From an uncultured Opitutia bacterium (lineage in GTDB: Bacteria; Verrucomicrobiota; Verrucomicrobiia; Opitutales; UBA953): DNA of 64,000 nucleotides. Made by a program: the position numbers and the translations under genes. Shown here piece after piece: positions 28,594 through 37,305 of the stretch (its first letter is position 1; each line of letters begins with the position of its first letter). Below the pieces are notes generated by a model that saw only the letters and a program-made list of their open reading frames with translations, was not told the origin of the DNA and did no database searches. The DNA lies in contig CAILOT010000064.1 of the NCBI GenBank assembly GCA_903835965.1, positions 1,252-65,251 on the forward strand, in the 5' to 3' direction.

Positions 28594-28623
28594 AGGCCGC
28601 CAGATTTGGCGGCCTTTCTGTTT
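28594..28623. terminator. rho-independent terminator hairpin, potentially bidirectional
   Basis: aaaaAGGCCGCCagatttGGCGGCCTttctgttt. An 8-bp GC stem flanked by an A-tract and a T-tract, between the convergent slyD gene and the island gene. Confidence 0.6.
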
Positions 28624-28641
28624 ATGTCTACTACTTGAAGA

Positions 28642-29583
28642 TTATAGCGATTCTTCGGTGAGTCTAATTGCTTCGATTGTTTCTGCCCAAAGGTCGTCAT
28701 TGGCGACTCCAACAAGGTTCATATTTCCCAGAAGGCATTTTTCGGATTTCTGCGACGGCACATTAACTGGCGAAGCCCAGCTATAATACTCTAATCCGCT
28801 AAAGACCCTTCGGGACCCGCTCGCAAAAATGTAGTAATCTCCACGCGGTAACCTTAATGAATATTCTCCGGAATCGTCTGTCATATCCGATGCTGCAGGT
28901 CGAATCCAATTGGGCATACGACTAAGGCTTTCGGGAGAAATGAACTGGCGCAAATTTCTACGCTGCTGTTCGATCCTCGAAAGTCCTTCCGCTTTTGTTT
29001 TTTTAACATTTTTTTCCTTTGTTAATTTCTGTAGTATTATTTCTTTTTCTAACAATGGAATCATTTTTTCCCGGAGGGTATCACGCACATCTTGCCATTC
29101 GGAGGCCATCGCTGGGACCTCAATCTCTTTGACCGAAGGAAATCGTATCCTCGATATTAAAGTAAAAAAATCCTTCTTATTCTTTTGGTCAAGCGCATCA
29201 ACCAGCCATAACGTGTTAGCCAGGCCTTTGGCCTGATCTGCCATGTCCCGGTCCTCCTCCAGCTCCGCAATCTTTGCATCAAATCTTTGAATCGTAGCTG
29301 ATAAGGTAGCTGCATTTTCTTTAATTTCTTTCTGCGTTTCTGAAATCATACGGAATCCTTCTCGGGAAACTTGATCCCTCCAGGCGATCGCATCATCTTT
29401 CCTTATAGCTAGGACTTGAATCAGCGCCATTTTATTGGCGTGAGCATCTCCTTGAACTATAATTATCTTACCAATAACTTTTTCGTTAAACAACAAGTTA
29501 TAGCAGGAAGCTCCTGCCCAAATAATGCCAATCGCCCCGGCAAGAGATGCCACGGCAATAATGATGCGTGTCTTGATTGTCAT
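28642..29583 (-). CDS. hypothetical membrane-anchored coiled-coil protein (AT-rich island gene B)
   Basis: 313 aa. N-terminal TM segment (IIIAVASLAGAIGIIWAGA). Charged helical middle region. Beta-rich C-terminal part with TDDSGEYSLRLPRGDYYIFASG, which resembles a CarboxypepD_reg-like motif. AT-rich codon usage. Confidence 0.65.
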   Translation of the reverse strand: MTIKTRIIIAVASLAGAIGIIWAGASCYNLLFNEKVIGKIIIVQGDAHANKMALIQVLAIRKDDAIAWRDQVSREGFRMISETQKEIKENAATLSATIQRFDAKIAELEEDRDMADQAKGLANTLWLVDALDQKNKKDFFTLISRIRFPSVKEIEVPAMASEWQDVRDTLREKMIPLLEKEIILQKLTKEKNVKKTKAEGLSRIEQQRRNLRQFISPESLSRMPNWIRPAASDMTDDSGEYSLRLPRGDYYIFASGSRRVFSGLEYYSWASPVNVPSQKSEKCLLGNMNLVGVANDDLWAETIEAIRLTEESL

Positions 29584-29587
29584 ATGT

Positions 29588-30970
29588 TTATAATGGTTTT
29601 TTTATTTTGTAAACGGATTCCAAGAATGTCAGGGAACAGCTTCCTTCCCGCTGCTGGCGGGAAAACTCTTCTATCACTTCCCTCGACAAGCTTATGTCAT
29701 ACCCATTCAGCGACTTGATATGGCGTAAAAAAATCTCTTTCTTCGAAATGGAATAAGCGATGCTATAGTAAATATGCGCGGCCTGCATGTTAGCCGATCC
29801 ATGGAGGCCTAGCTCGCTGACTGTTCCTAACACAGCAAAAGCATCTTCATCAAGCTTTGCCGCCAGACCTCGTAAATCTTTTAATGCATCGGAGCTTAAA
29901 GAATTGGGAACACCTGACCTGATCCATTTAATTAGTATCTTATTCAGTTCAGACTTTGATTTGAATTTATTGGCTGCGGAAGTATCCGCTACCATTAATT
30001 CCGTCGTAGTTGCTAGTCCTCCAAGGCTTAAATGCTGTATTTTTAATTTTCTTTCTGCGAACAAATCTCGGAATACTTGGGCCAATAATGAGACAGCTGC
30101 CTGACTAAGGAATGATGATTTCTCGTTGGAATCAAGCATGGCACGTTGTATTTCGACACCTTCGCACAACGCACCTGCCACTCTCAATGTTTCCTGCATT
30201 TTAACTTCTTCCCATTCTTTCCTCTGAAGTTGACTTGTAAATAATTCGTACGCTTTTAATCCTTCCACCGATCCTTCTATTATTAGTGCGATAAGTTCTG
30301 ACTTTGCCCTTTGCGTGTCCCGCTTCGTATATTTTGTTCCATCCTTATATTGGTTGGCTAACTGGACTCTAGCTCTGAAATCACCGGTTTTTGCTAATTC
30401 TTCTAGGGCGCGTTGCTTAGCCTCTCCTGGTGTAATTGGCTTAACTGGCATATATCTTTTGGGGCATATGAGCGTATACCTTATTTTCCCAGGAACCTTG
30501 CCCTGCCCTGAACACTGAGGGCAATTAATTCTTTCTGACTTTAAAATATACTTCGGGTCTGGATAGATTATTTTGTCTCCCGACCCGTTGCAATTCTGGC
30601 AATTTTTCTGGACGGTCCTAGTCGTGCTAATTGGATTCGATACCAGGTATATATTAAAAGCGCTCCTTAGATCTGATGAATCCGGTATAGGAGTGGCGTT
30701 GATCTTTTCCTCAAAAATTCCGTCGTCATTATAGATGTGTGTTTTTCTAAAGTTTAACCAGACCTCATCGAAAACACTTAGGGCTTCATCGTGCAAAATT
30801 ACTCCTACCCCTAGATTGATTGTAGCCGACGTAACCTGGTCACTATCCTTAGTATCTGCCGACGTATTTTGGTTTAAATTGTCACCAAATGGACTGGGTT
30901 GGCTTGCAAGCGAGGCCCCTGCGAAGACTTCGCAAGTTAAAATTAGTATTAGGGTTTTACTCCAATTCAT
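29588..30970 (-). CDS. hypothetical secreted protein with two DnaJ-type CxxCxGxG zinc-finger motifs and Sel1-like repeats (AT-rich island gene A)
   Basis: 460 aa. Signal peptide MNWSKTLILILTCEVFAGASLA/SQ. CQNCNGSG and CPQCSGQG lie 22 residues apart. Sel1-like segments (LANQYKDGTKYTKRDTQRAKSELIALI; LGLHGSANMQAAHIYYSIAYS). AT-rich codon usage. Confidence 0.65.
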   Translation of the reverse strand: MNWSKTLILILTCEVFAGASLASQPSPFGDNLNQNTSADTKDSDQVTSATINLGVGVILHDEALSVFDEVWLNFRKTHIYNDDGIFEEKINATPIPDSSDLRSAFNIYLVSNPISTTRTVQKNCQNCNGSGDKIIYPDPKYILKSERINCPQCSGQGKVPGKIRYTLICPKRYMPVKPITPGEAKQRALEELAKTGDFRARVQLANQYKDGTKYTKRDTQRAKSELIALIIEGSVEGLKAYELFTSQLQRKEWEEVKMQETLRVAGALCEGVEIQRAMLDSNEKSSFLSQAAVSLLAQVFRDLFAERKLKIQHLSLGGLATTTELMVADTSAANKFKSKSELNKILIKWIRSGVPNSLSSDALKDLRGLAAKLDEDAFAVLGTVSELGLHGSANMQAAHIYYSIAYSISKKEIFLRHIKSLNGYDISLSREVIEEFSRQQREGSCSLTFLESVYKIKKPL

Positions 30971-31013
30971 TTTGTTATATTTGTTTATACTAACTCTTTA
31001 TCAACTTTAAATT

Positions 31014-32324
31014 ATGCCTATCAACAGCCGCCAGGCGAGCGACCTCTCCCCGCGGGAGACGGCTGTTTCCATCGGGATTATCGGGGGGCTGTTCTTCATC
31101 TTCGGTTTCGTGTCGTGGGTGAACGCGATCCTGATTCCCTATTTTAAGATCGCCTGCGAGTTGACGCACTTCGAGGCCTATTTGGTCACGTTTGCTTTCT
31201 ACATCTCGTACCTGCTTTTCTCCGTCCCGGCTTCCTTCCTCCTGAAGCGCACGGGCTTCAAGCGGGGGATGATGATCGGTTTCTGGATCATGTCCGCCGG
31301 CGCGTTCCTCTTCGTGCCCGCCGCGCTCACGCGCACCTACGGCATCTTCTTGGGTGGGCTCTTCACGCTGGGCGCGGGTTTGGCCATCTTGCAAACCGCC
31401 GCAAATCCCTACATCACGGTGCTCGGGCCGAAGCAGACGGCGGCGCGGCGCATCAGTATCATGGGGATCTGTAATAAGGGCGCCGGCATTTTAGCTCCGT
31501 TACTTTTCGCGGCGGTCATTCTGCGCGCGACTGATACCGACCTCTTTCAGCAGTTAGGCACCATGTCACCAGTCGCCAAGGCTGCCGCGTTGGACGAACT
31601 CATTCGCCGAGTGGCCCTACCCTACGCCTTTGTCGGCGGCGCCCTATTGATTTTGGGATTCTTGGTGCGCTTCTCGCCGCTTCCGGAAATCGATACCGAA
31701 CACGAGACGGCGGAGGTCGCCGAAGCCAATGCGGACAAGACCAGCATCTTCCAATTCCCGCACCTGATCCTCGGAGCCTTCGGCATCTTCCTGCATGTCG
31801 GTGCTTCGGTGATCACCGTCGATACGATCATTCCCTACGCCCAATCGATGGGCTTGCCACTTTTGGAGGCCAAAGTTTTCCCGGCCTTCACACTCACCGC
31901 CATGATTTCCGGCTACCTGATGGGCATCGCCTTCATTCCGCGGATCATCTCGCAAGTCACGGCCCTTCGCCTCTGCACCACTCTGGGCGTAGTGCTTTCG
32001 CTCCTGATTGTGTTCGTTCGGTTACCCGTCACAGTTCTGGGCCATCATACCGACCTTTCGCTTTGGTTCGTCGTTCTTTTGGGATTCGCGAACTCACTCA
32101 CTTGGGCGGGCATCTGGCCGCTCGCCCTCGATGGGTTGGGGAAGTTTACGAAACTTGGCGCCTCCATCATGATCATGGGGTTGTGCGGCAACGCCATGAT
32201 GCCGCTCGGGTACGGCTGGATCGCCGATCACTTCGGCGTCCGCCAAGCCTATTGGGTAATCCTGCCGTGTTATCTATATCTCACTTATTACGCGATGGTC
32301 GGACATAAGAAGCGGAAGTGGTAA
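31014..32324 (+). CDS. MFS sugar transporter, FucP/GluP (fucose or glucose/galactose:H+ symporter) family
   Basis: 436 aa with 12 predicted TM segments. N-terminal LFFIFGFVSWVNAILIPYFK block typical of this family. Confidence 0.8.
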   Translation: MPINSRQASDLSPRETAVSIGIIGGLFFIFGFVSWVNAILIPYFKIACELTHFEAYLVTFAFYISYLLFSVPASFLLKRTGFKRGMMIGFWIMSAGAFLFVPAALTRTYGIFLGGLFTLGAGLAILQTAANPYITVLGPKQTAARRISIMGICNKGAGILAPLLFAAVILRATDTDLFQQLGTMSPVAKAAALDELIRRVALPYAFVGGALLILGFLVRFSPLPEIDTEHETAEVAEANADKTSIFQFPHLILGAFGIFLHVGASVITVDTIIPYAQSMGLPLLEAKVFPAFTLTAMISGYLMGIAFIPRIISQVTALRLCTTLGVVLSLLIVFVRLPVTVLGHHTDLSLWFVVLLGFANSLTWAGIWPLALDGLGKFTKLGASIMIMGLCGNAMMPLGYGWIADHFGVRQAYWVILPCYLYLTYYAMVGHKKRKW

Positions 32325-32347
32325 CGCGATGGTCAGAAGCAGCGTGA

Positions 32348-32548
32348 GTTGACCCGTTGATCAGTGGGCCAGTTGGCCAGGGGACGCATTAGAGGCACGG
32401 AGGCCCAGAGGCTCGGTGGACCAGAAGAGCGCACCACGAACTCAAAGGGAAACCGGAGACCGGATGATTGCCCGTGTATTAGGTAGGGCGGGGCTCTCCG
32501 AGCCCGCCGTTCGAGACCGAAGGCGGGTTGTCGTCGGGTCTTAGCCAG
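32348..32548 (+). repeat. copy 1 of a dispersed ~200-nt intergenic repeat family
   Basis: Shares three ordered blocks with 46171-46494. These are GTTGAnnnGTTGAnCAGnnGGCCnGTTGGCCAG (32348-), CAAAGGGAAACCGGAGAYCGGATGATTG (32443-32470) and TCGGGTCTYAGCC (32534-32546). Confidence 0.55.
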
Positions 32549-32599
32549 TCGCGATGACTTCTTCGTCCGTTCGCGAACGGATGCGATGTCATCGCATCC

Positions 32600-33007
32600 C
32601 TACCAAATCCAAACCAGCACGATTTCGATGTCGGGGTGGAGAGATTGTTTCACCGGGCAGGCGTTGGCGGCGCGGATAAGGCGATCGTGTAATTCTTCGG
32701 CGATGCCAGCCGGCATCTGAATCATGGCTTCGAGCTTGGCGATACGGCGGGGCGGCTGTGCGGTCATGTGCTTCTCGACTTCGACGCGCAGGCCGCGGAA
32801 ATCCAGATTCAGCCCTTTGGCCTGGATGCCGAGAATCGTCATGATGCACGTGGCGAGAGAAGTTGCCGTGAGATCCGTGGGCGAAAACGATTCTCCCTTG
32901 CCTTGATTATCCACCGGGGCGTCCGTGATAAGCACCGTACCGGAAGGACCATGGGTCGCCCGGACCCGGAGATCGCCGAGGTATTCGCAGGAAATTTTTA
33001 CGCTCAT
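32600..33007 (-). CDS. OsmC family peroxiredoxin-like protein
   Basis: 135 aa. FSPTDLTATSLATCIMTILG and AANACPVKQSL carry the two conserved OsmC/Ohr cysteines. Confidence 0.85.
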   Translation of the reverse strand: MSVKISCEYLGDLRVRATHGPSGTVLITDAPVDNQGKGESFSPTDLTATSLATCIMTILGIQAKGLNLDFRGLRVEVEKHMTAQPPRRIAKLEAMIQMPAGIAEELHDRLIRAANACPVKQSLHPDIEIVLVWIW

Positions 33008-33102
33008 GGAATCAACTTACAGCCTCCGGGGGTGGATACCAGCCGAAGCCGATACAAAAAAGCCCCGCGAACGGGGCCGGGAGGAACTTCCTGAGCGGAA
33101 GC

Positions 33103-33336
33103 TTATTCGCCGTCTTTACCGATGGCGTCGACCGGACAGCCTTCGAGGGCTTCCATGCACTTATCGATGTCTTCTTGGGCCGTAGGCTGGGCAAAAACGT
33201 AAGAGTACCCGCCGTCGTCTTGGCGCATGAAGAACTTAGGGGCGGTCTCGCGGCAAAGGTCGCAATCGATACACTGGGTATCGACGTAAAACTTACCGGG
33301 GACGCCTTCGGGATGTTTGTCGTTCTTATCAGCCAT
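33103..33336 (-). CDS. ferredoxin (small Fe-S protein)
   Basis: 77 aa. KFYVDTQCIDCDLCRETAP...CPVDAI cysteine pattern. Confidence 0.8.
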   Translation of the reverse strand: MADKNDKHPEGVPGKFYVDTQCIDCDLCRETAPKFFMRQDDGGYSYVFAQPTAQEDIDKCMEALEGCPVDAIGKDGE

Positions 33337-33383
33337 GGGAGATTTATAAGTGAGAGAGGAAAGGCGGGTGTCAAGAATGCGCG

Positions 33384-33833
33384 TCAGTTGCCAGGGAGCA
33401 TGACGATCAGTCGATGGCCAGAAAGGCCCTGCCGACCGGCTAAAAAGGCCGCCGATAAGTGCTCAGGCGTGGCGTAGGTCACCTCGATCGTGACATCGGG
33501 CTTTAAGTTAGGGCGCAAGCCGGGTCCGTCATGCCCGTCGGTCGGCAACAAAGGCTTCACGGTCACGGTCTCGACCGTGAGCTCGAATTCTTGCAAGATC
33601 GCCAAGCGCACTCGGCTGTGGGTTTTTTCGTCGACGCCATCCCAGCAGAAAAGATTCTCCATCGCTTGAATGTCTCGCGTCACGTAGGCGTGCATCAGGT
33701 TGTCGGCCAAATTTTGACGGGATCGCTGATTCCACCCGGACCAAGCGGCGACCAAGATGAGCCCGAGGGCTAATCCGACTAAAGCGGCAAATAGCCGTCG
33801 TAACCATGGACTTTGGAAAAGGAAGCGCAGCAC
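33384..33833 (-). CDS. hypothetical membrane-anchored protein
   Basis: 149 aa. N-terminal TM segment (LFAALVGLALGLILVAAW). No known motif. Confidence 0.45.
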   Translation of the reverse strand: MLRFLFQSPWLRRLFAALVGLALGLILVAAWSGWNQRSRQNLADNLMHAYVTRDIQAMENLFCWDGVDEKTHSRVRLAILQEFELTVETVTVKPLLPTDGHDGPGLRPNLKPDVTIEVTYATPEHLSAAFLAGRQGLSGHRLIVMLPGN

Positions 33834-33887
33834 GAGGGAGAAGGGCGTTGACCCAATAGCAGGTCAGGAGATAAGCAGGCAAGAGTC

Positions 33888-35096
33888 ATGGCGTCCGAAA
33901 GCAAGCCCTCCTCCGATTCAGGCCGTTATGCGGCCCGTGGCGTCTCCGCTTCTAAAAGCGAAGTCCACGCCGCCGTAGACCGCCTCGACCGCGGCCTCTA
34001 CCCGAGCGCCTTTTGCAAAATCGTCGAAGACCGGCTCACCGGCAATCCGGAGCACTGCGTCGTCACCCACTCCGACGGTTCCGGCACCAAGGCGCTTTTG
34101 GCCTACCTCTGGTGGAAAGAAACGGGTGATGCCAAGGTCTTCCGCGGCATCGCGCAGGACAGCATCGTGATGAATATCGATGACCTGCTGTGCGTTGGTG
34201 TCACGCAAGGTGTGATCCTTTCTTCGACCATCAATCGCAACGCCCGTGCCATCCCCGGCGAAATCTTAGCGCACCTCATCGAAGGCACGGAAGAAGTCCT
34301 CGAGATGCTTCGCGAGCAAGGTTTCGGTATCAGTTCCGGCGGTGGCGAGACAGCTGACGTAGGCGACCTGACCCCGACTTTGACGGTCGATTCTACGGCC
34401 ACGGCCATTCTGAAGCGTAAAGACGTCGTCGATGCGGCACGCGTCGTTCCTGGGCTTGTCATCGTCGGCATCGCATCGGGCGGACGCTGTAAATATGAGG
34501 CCGGTGAAAATAGCGGCATCGGCTCCAATGGTCTGACCAGCGCCCGCCACGAACTCCTGTCCAAATACTACGCAGAGAAATATCCCGAGACTTACGACAA
34601 ATCGACCCCGGCAGAGCTGGCCTACTGTGGCCCCCACAAATTAACCGACCCCCTGCCTGGATCATCCCTGACCGTCGGCCAAGCCCTCCTCTCCCCCACC
34701 CGCACCTACGCACCTTACGCGATCCGCCTGCTTAAGGCTCTCGGCCCCGCTGGCGTCAAAGGGTTGGTACATTGCTCCGGGGGCGGGCAGACGAAGTGCC
34801 GCCGCTTTGGCAGCCAGGTTCACTTCATTAAGGATAACCTATTCCTCACCCCGCCCATTTTTGCGGAAATTGCCCGGGTCAGCGGCACGGACGAGAAAGA
34901 GATGCATCAGGTTTATAATATGGGTCACCGGCTGGAGGTCTTCCTGGACCCCAAAGACTTGCCAGTCGCCCTCGAGATAGCCGCCAGCTTGGGCCTGGAA
35001 GCCAAGGTCATCGGCCGCACCGAGCCTTCGACCCTACCGGACGGCGCCAACCACGTCACCGTGGTAAAAAACGGCCAGACGCTGTCTTACGCTTAA
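33888..35096 (+). CDS. purM: AIR synthase-related protein / phosphoribosylformylglycinamidine cyclo-ligase (long PurM-like form)
   Basis: 402 aa. [25 protein letters not shown] and HCSGGGQTK blocks of the PurM/AIR-synthase superfamily. Confidence 0.6.
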   Translation: MASESKPSSDSGRYAARGVSASKSEVHAAVDRLDRGLYPSAFCKIVEDRLTGNPEHCVVTHSDGSGTKALLAYLWWKETGDAKVFRGIAQDSIVMNIDDLLCVGVTQGVILSSTINRNARAIPGEILAHLIEGTEEVLEMLREQGFGISSGGGETADVGDLTPTLTVDSTATAILKRKDVVDAARVVPGLVIVGIASGGRCKYEAGENSGIGSNGLTSARHELLSKYYAEKYPETYDKSTPAELAYCGPHKLTDPLPGSSLTVGQALLSPTRTYAPYAIRLLKALGPAGVKGLVHCSGGGQTKCRRFGSQVHFIKDNLFLTPPIFAEIARVSGTDEKEMHQVYNMGHRLEVFLDPKDLPVALEIAASLGLEAKVIGRTEPSTLPDGANHVTVVKNGQTLSYA

Positions 35097-35124
35097 CTGT
35101 TAATTGAGCGTAAAAGGCGACGGG

Positions 35125-35200
35125 TGGTCGGGCAGACAGGACTTGAACCTGCAACACCCTGCTCCCAAAGCAGGGACTCTACCAATTGAGATACTGCCCG
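35125..35200 (-). tRNA. tRNA-Pro (anticodon TGG), CCA encoded
   Basis: The reverse complement reads CGGGCAGTATCTCAATTGGTAGAGTCCCTGCTTTGGGAGCAGGGTGTTGCAGGTTCAAGTCCTGTCTGCCCGACCA. Anticodon loop TTTGGGA. Confidence 0.9.
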
Positions 35201-35287
35201 AAACCCGTCAGGTAGAATGATTTTGTGTTGCCGTCCTTGTCAATCCGCTAATCTCCAACTGTTCTAACCCGCAAAACTCCTCCCAAT

Positions 35288-35797
35288 ATGGAAAACGACA
35301 GCATCTCCTCATCCTCATCCGAATCTAAGCTCCCGCTCATCGTGGGAATCGTAGGTTTCGCACTCGGCGCCGCCGGTCTCGTCCTTGGCATCAAAGCCAA
35401 GGGTGAAGCCCAAAAAGCCTCCGACGCCGCCGTGGTAGCCCAACAGGCCGCCTCTGAAGTTGGCGCCGCCCTCGCTGGCAAGGCTCCTCTCGCCGAACTC
35501 CAAGCTGTCGCTGCCGATCTCGGTGCCGTCAAGCAAGGCGTCGACGCGAACAACAAAGCATTTGGTGACGCTATCGCTGCCCTTCAAGCTGCGGCTAAAA
35601 AGCCTGCCGCTGTTGCTTCTGAAAAAGGTGGCAAGGCTTCGGCCGCTGCCGGCCCTGGAGAATATGTCGTCGTCAAAGGTGACAACTTAGGCTCCATCGC
35701 CAAGAAAGCTGGTCTCTCCCTCAAGGCTCTCCAGGATCTGAATCCTAACGCCAAGGCGACCCAGCTGCAAATCGGTCAGCGTTTAAAAACTAAGTAA
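35288..35797 (+). CDS. LysM domain-containing membrane protein
   Basis: 169 aa. TM segment (LPLIVGIVGFALGAAGLVLGI), an Ala-rich linker, and a C-terminal LysM domain (YVVVKGDNLGSIAKKAGLSLKALQDLNP...LQIGQRL). Confidence 0.8.
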   Translation: MENDSISSSSSESKLPLIVGIVGFALGAAGLVLGIKAKGEAQKASDAAVVAQQAASEVGAALAGKAPLAELQAVAADLGAVKQGVDANNKAFGDAIAALQAAAKKPAAVASEKGGKASAAAGPGEYVVVKGDNLGSIAKKAGLSLKALQDLNPNAKATQLQIGQRLKTK

Positions 35798-35806
35798 GGT
35801 CCGCAC

Positions 35807-36364
35807 ATGTCGGCGCCCGCACGCTGGTTCGTCCAGCATGAAGCGCTCCACGCCGACTGTAAGGTTTTCCGGGTTTTCAAAGAACACTGCAATCACCCTC
35901 TCGATCACCGAGAGGGTGATTTTTTTGTGATCCATGCCAACGACTGGGTCTTGGCCTTACCGATTACGGCCGATGGAAAAATCGTGATGGTGCGCCAATA
36001 CCGTTTCGGCATCCGCGATCTTTCGACCGAGCCACCCGGTGGCGTGCGGGAAACAAAAGAGGATCCGCTGCTGACCGCCGCGCGCGAAACCGAAGAAGAA
36101 ACCGGTTACGTCGGTGGTCGCGCCACGCTCCTCGGCGTCTGCGCGCCTAATCCCGCCATCCAATCAAATCGCTGTTATTTCGTGCTTTTAGAGGGGGTAA
36201 CGCCCTCGGGCAAAACCGCTCCCGATGAACATGAGGAGATTGAAGTACTCCTGCTTTCTCCGAAGCTGGCACTCGCCGAAGCGGCCAAGAATCCGGCCCA
36301 GCACTCCCTCGCTTTTCTCGCCCTTCACCAACTCCGCGACGCTCGTCCACAACTTTTCCTATGA
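35807..36364 (+). CDS. NUDIX hydrolase (ADP-ribose pyrophosphatase-like)
   Basis: 185 aa. Nudix box GGVRETKEDPLLTAARETEEETGY. Confidence 0.85.
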   Translation: MSAPARWFVQHEALHADCKVFRVFKEHCNHPLDHREGDFFVIHANDWVLALPITADGKIVMVRQYRFGIRDLSTEPPGGVRETKEDPLLTAARETEEETGYVGGRATLLGVCAPNPAIQSNRCYFVLLEGVTPSGKTAPDEHEEIEVLLLSPKLALAEAAKNPAQHSLAFLALHQLRDARPQLFL

Positions 36365-37305
36365 TCACTCCTCGCCGAATTAACTTCAAAGGTCGCATAC
36401 CGGAGCCCGTCCTCGTCGTCGGTTCCGTGGCTTACGACAGCATCATCACGCCGCACGCGACCGGCAAACGCATCTTAGGCGGCAGCGCTTCTTACGCCTG
36501 CCTAGCTGCCAGTTATTTTGCCCCACCCCGCATCGTCGGCGTGGTCGGCCATGACTTTCTGGAACGTGACCGCAAGAAATTGGCCAAGCGCGGGATCGAC
36601 CTCGACGGGCTGCTCACCGACTCCACCGGACGCACCTTCTCATGGAGCGGACGCTACCACGAAAACTACAACCGTCGTGACACGGAGGATTTGCAACTGA
36701 ACGTCTTCGAACACTTCAAGCCTCGTTTGGCGGAGACGCACCGCGCTTCGCCGTTCGTGATGCTCGGCAACATCCGCCCAGACCTGCAACTCAACGTCCT
36801 CGACCAACTGACGAGCCCACGCTTCGTCTTGGCCGATACCATTGACATTTGGATCGAGACCCAACGCGAACGTCTGGCCGAAGTCATGCGCCGCGCGGAC
36901 TTGCTCGTGATCAATGACACCGAGTCCGCCAAACTTACCGGCGAAGGAAATGTCATCATCGCTGGACGAAAATTACGTGAACACGGTTGCCGCACGGTCA
37001 TCATCAAAAAAGGCGAACATGGAGCAGTCTTGTTCCATGAAGAAGGCCTTTTCGCCCTCCCAGCCTATCCGGTTACCGAGCTTCGTGACCCCACCGGGGC
37101 CGGCGATAGCTTTGCCGGCGCCCTCCTGGGTTACCTGGCCGCGACCGGGTCGACCGACTTCGCCGCCCTTCGCCAGGCCATGATCTATGGTACCGCCGTC
37201 GCCAGCTTGACCGTCGAGGCCTTCTCCACGGACCGCCTCGCCAAAGCCGGCTGCACCGAGATTAGGGCCCGCCGCAAGGCACTGCTGAAGATGATGAAGG
37301 CCTAA
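36361..37305 (+). CDS. PfkB family carbohydrate kinase
   Basis: 314 aa. DPTGAGDSFAGALLGYL (PfkB signature 2) and VIIKKGEHGA. Confidence 0.8.
   Translation: MITPRRINFKGRIPEPVLVVGSVAYDSIITPHATGKRILGGSASYACLAASYFAPPRIVGVVGHDFLERDRKKLAKRGIDLDGLLTDSTGRTFSWSGRYHENYNRRDTEDLQLNVFEHFKPRLAETHRASPFVMLGNIRPDLQLNVLDQLTSPRFVLADTIDIWIETQRERLAEVMRRADLLVINDTESAKLTGEGNVIIAGRKLREHGCRTVIIKKGEHGAVLFHEEGLFALPAYPVTELRDPTGAGDSFAGALLGYLAATGSTDFAALRQAMIYGTAVASLTVEAFSTDRLAKAGCTEIRARRKALLKMMKA

Noticed and set aside
28617-30995. Possible direct repeats flanking the AT-rich island (tgtttatgtctact at about 28617 and tgtttatactaact at about 30982), considered as target-site duplications.
   Set aside because: Only 7 contiguous identical bases, in AT-rich sequence where such matches occur by chance. 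There is no integrase or transposase to give them meaning.
32443-32470. AAGGGAAACCGGAGACCGG in the repeat units looked superficially like the cobalamin-riboswitch core (AAGGGAAnCCGGTGnnAAnCCGG).
   Set aside because: I found no B12 box (GCCACTG). The spacing differs. All copies lie downstream of genes in convergent gaps rather than in 5' leaders, and the neighbouring genes are unrelated to cobalamin. A dispersed repeat fits better.
27729-35200. Checked whether tRNA-Ala or tRNA-Pro marks an integrated prophage or genomic island.
   Set aside because: There is no integrase, no phage-like genes and no duplicated tRNA 3' end nearby. The AT-rich island is separated from tRNA-Ala by a native-GC slyD gene, and tRNA-Pro is flanked by housekeeping genes.
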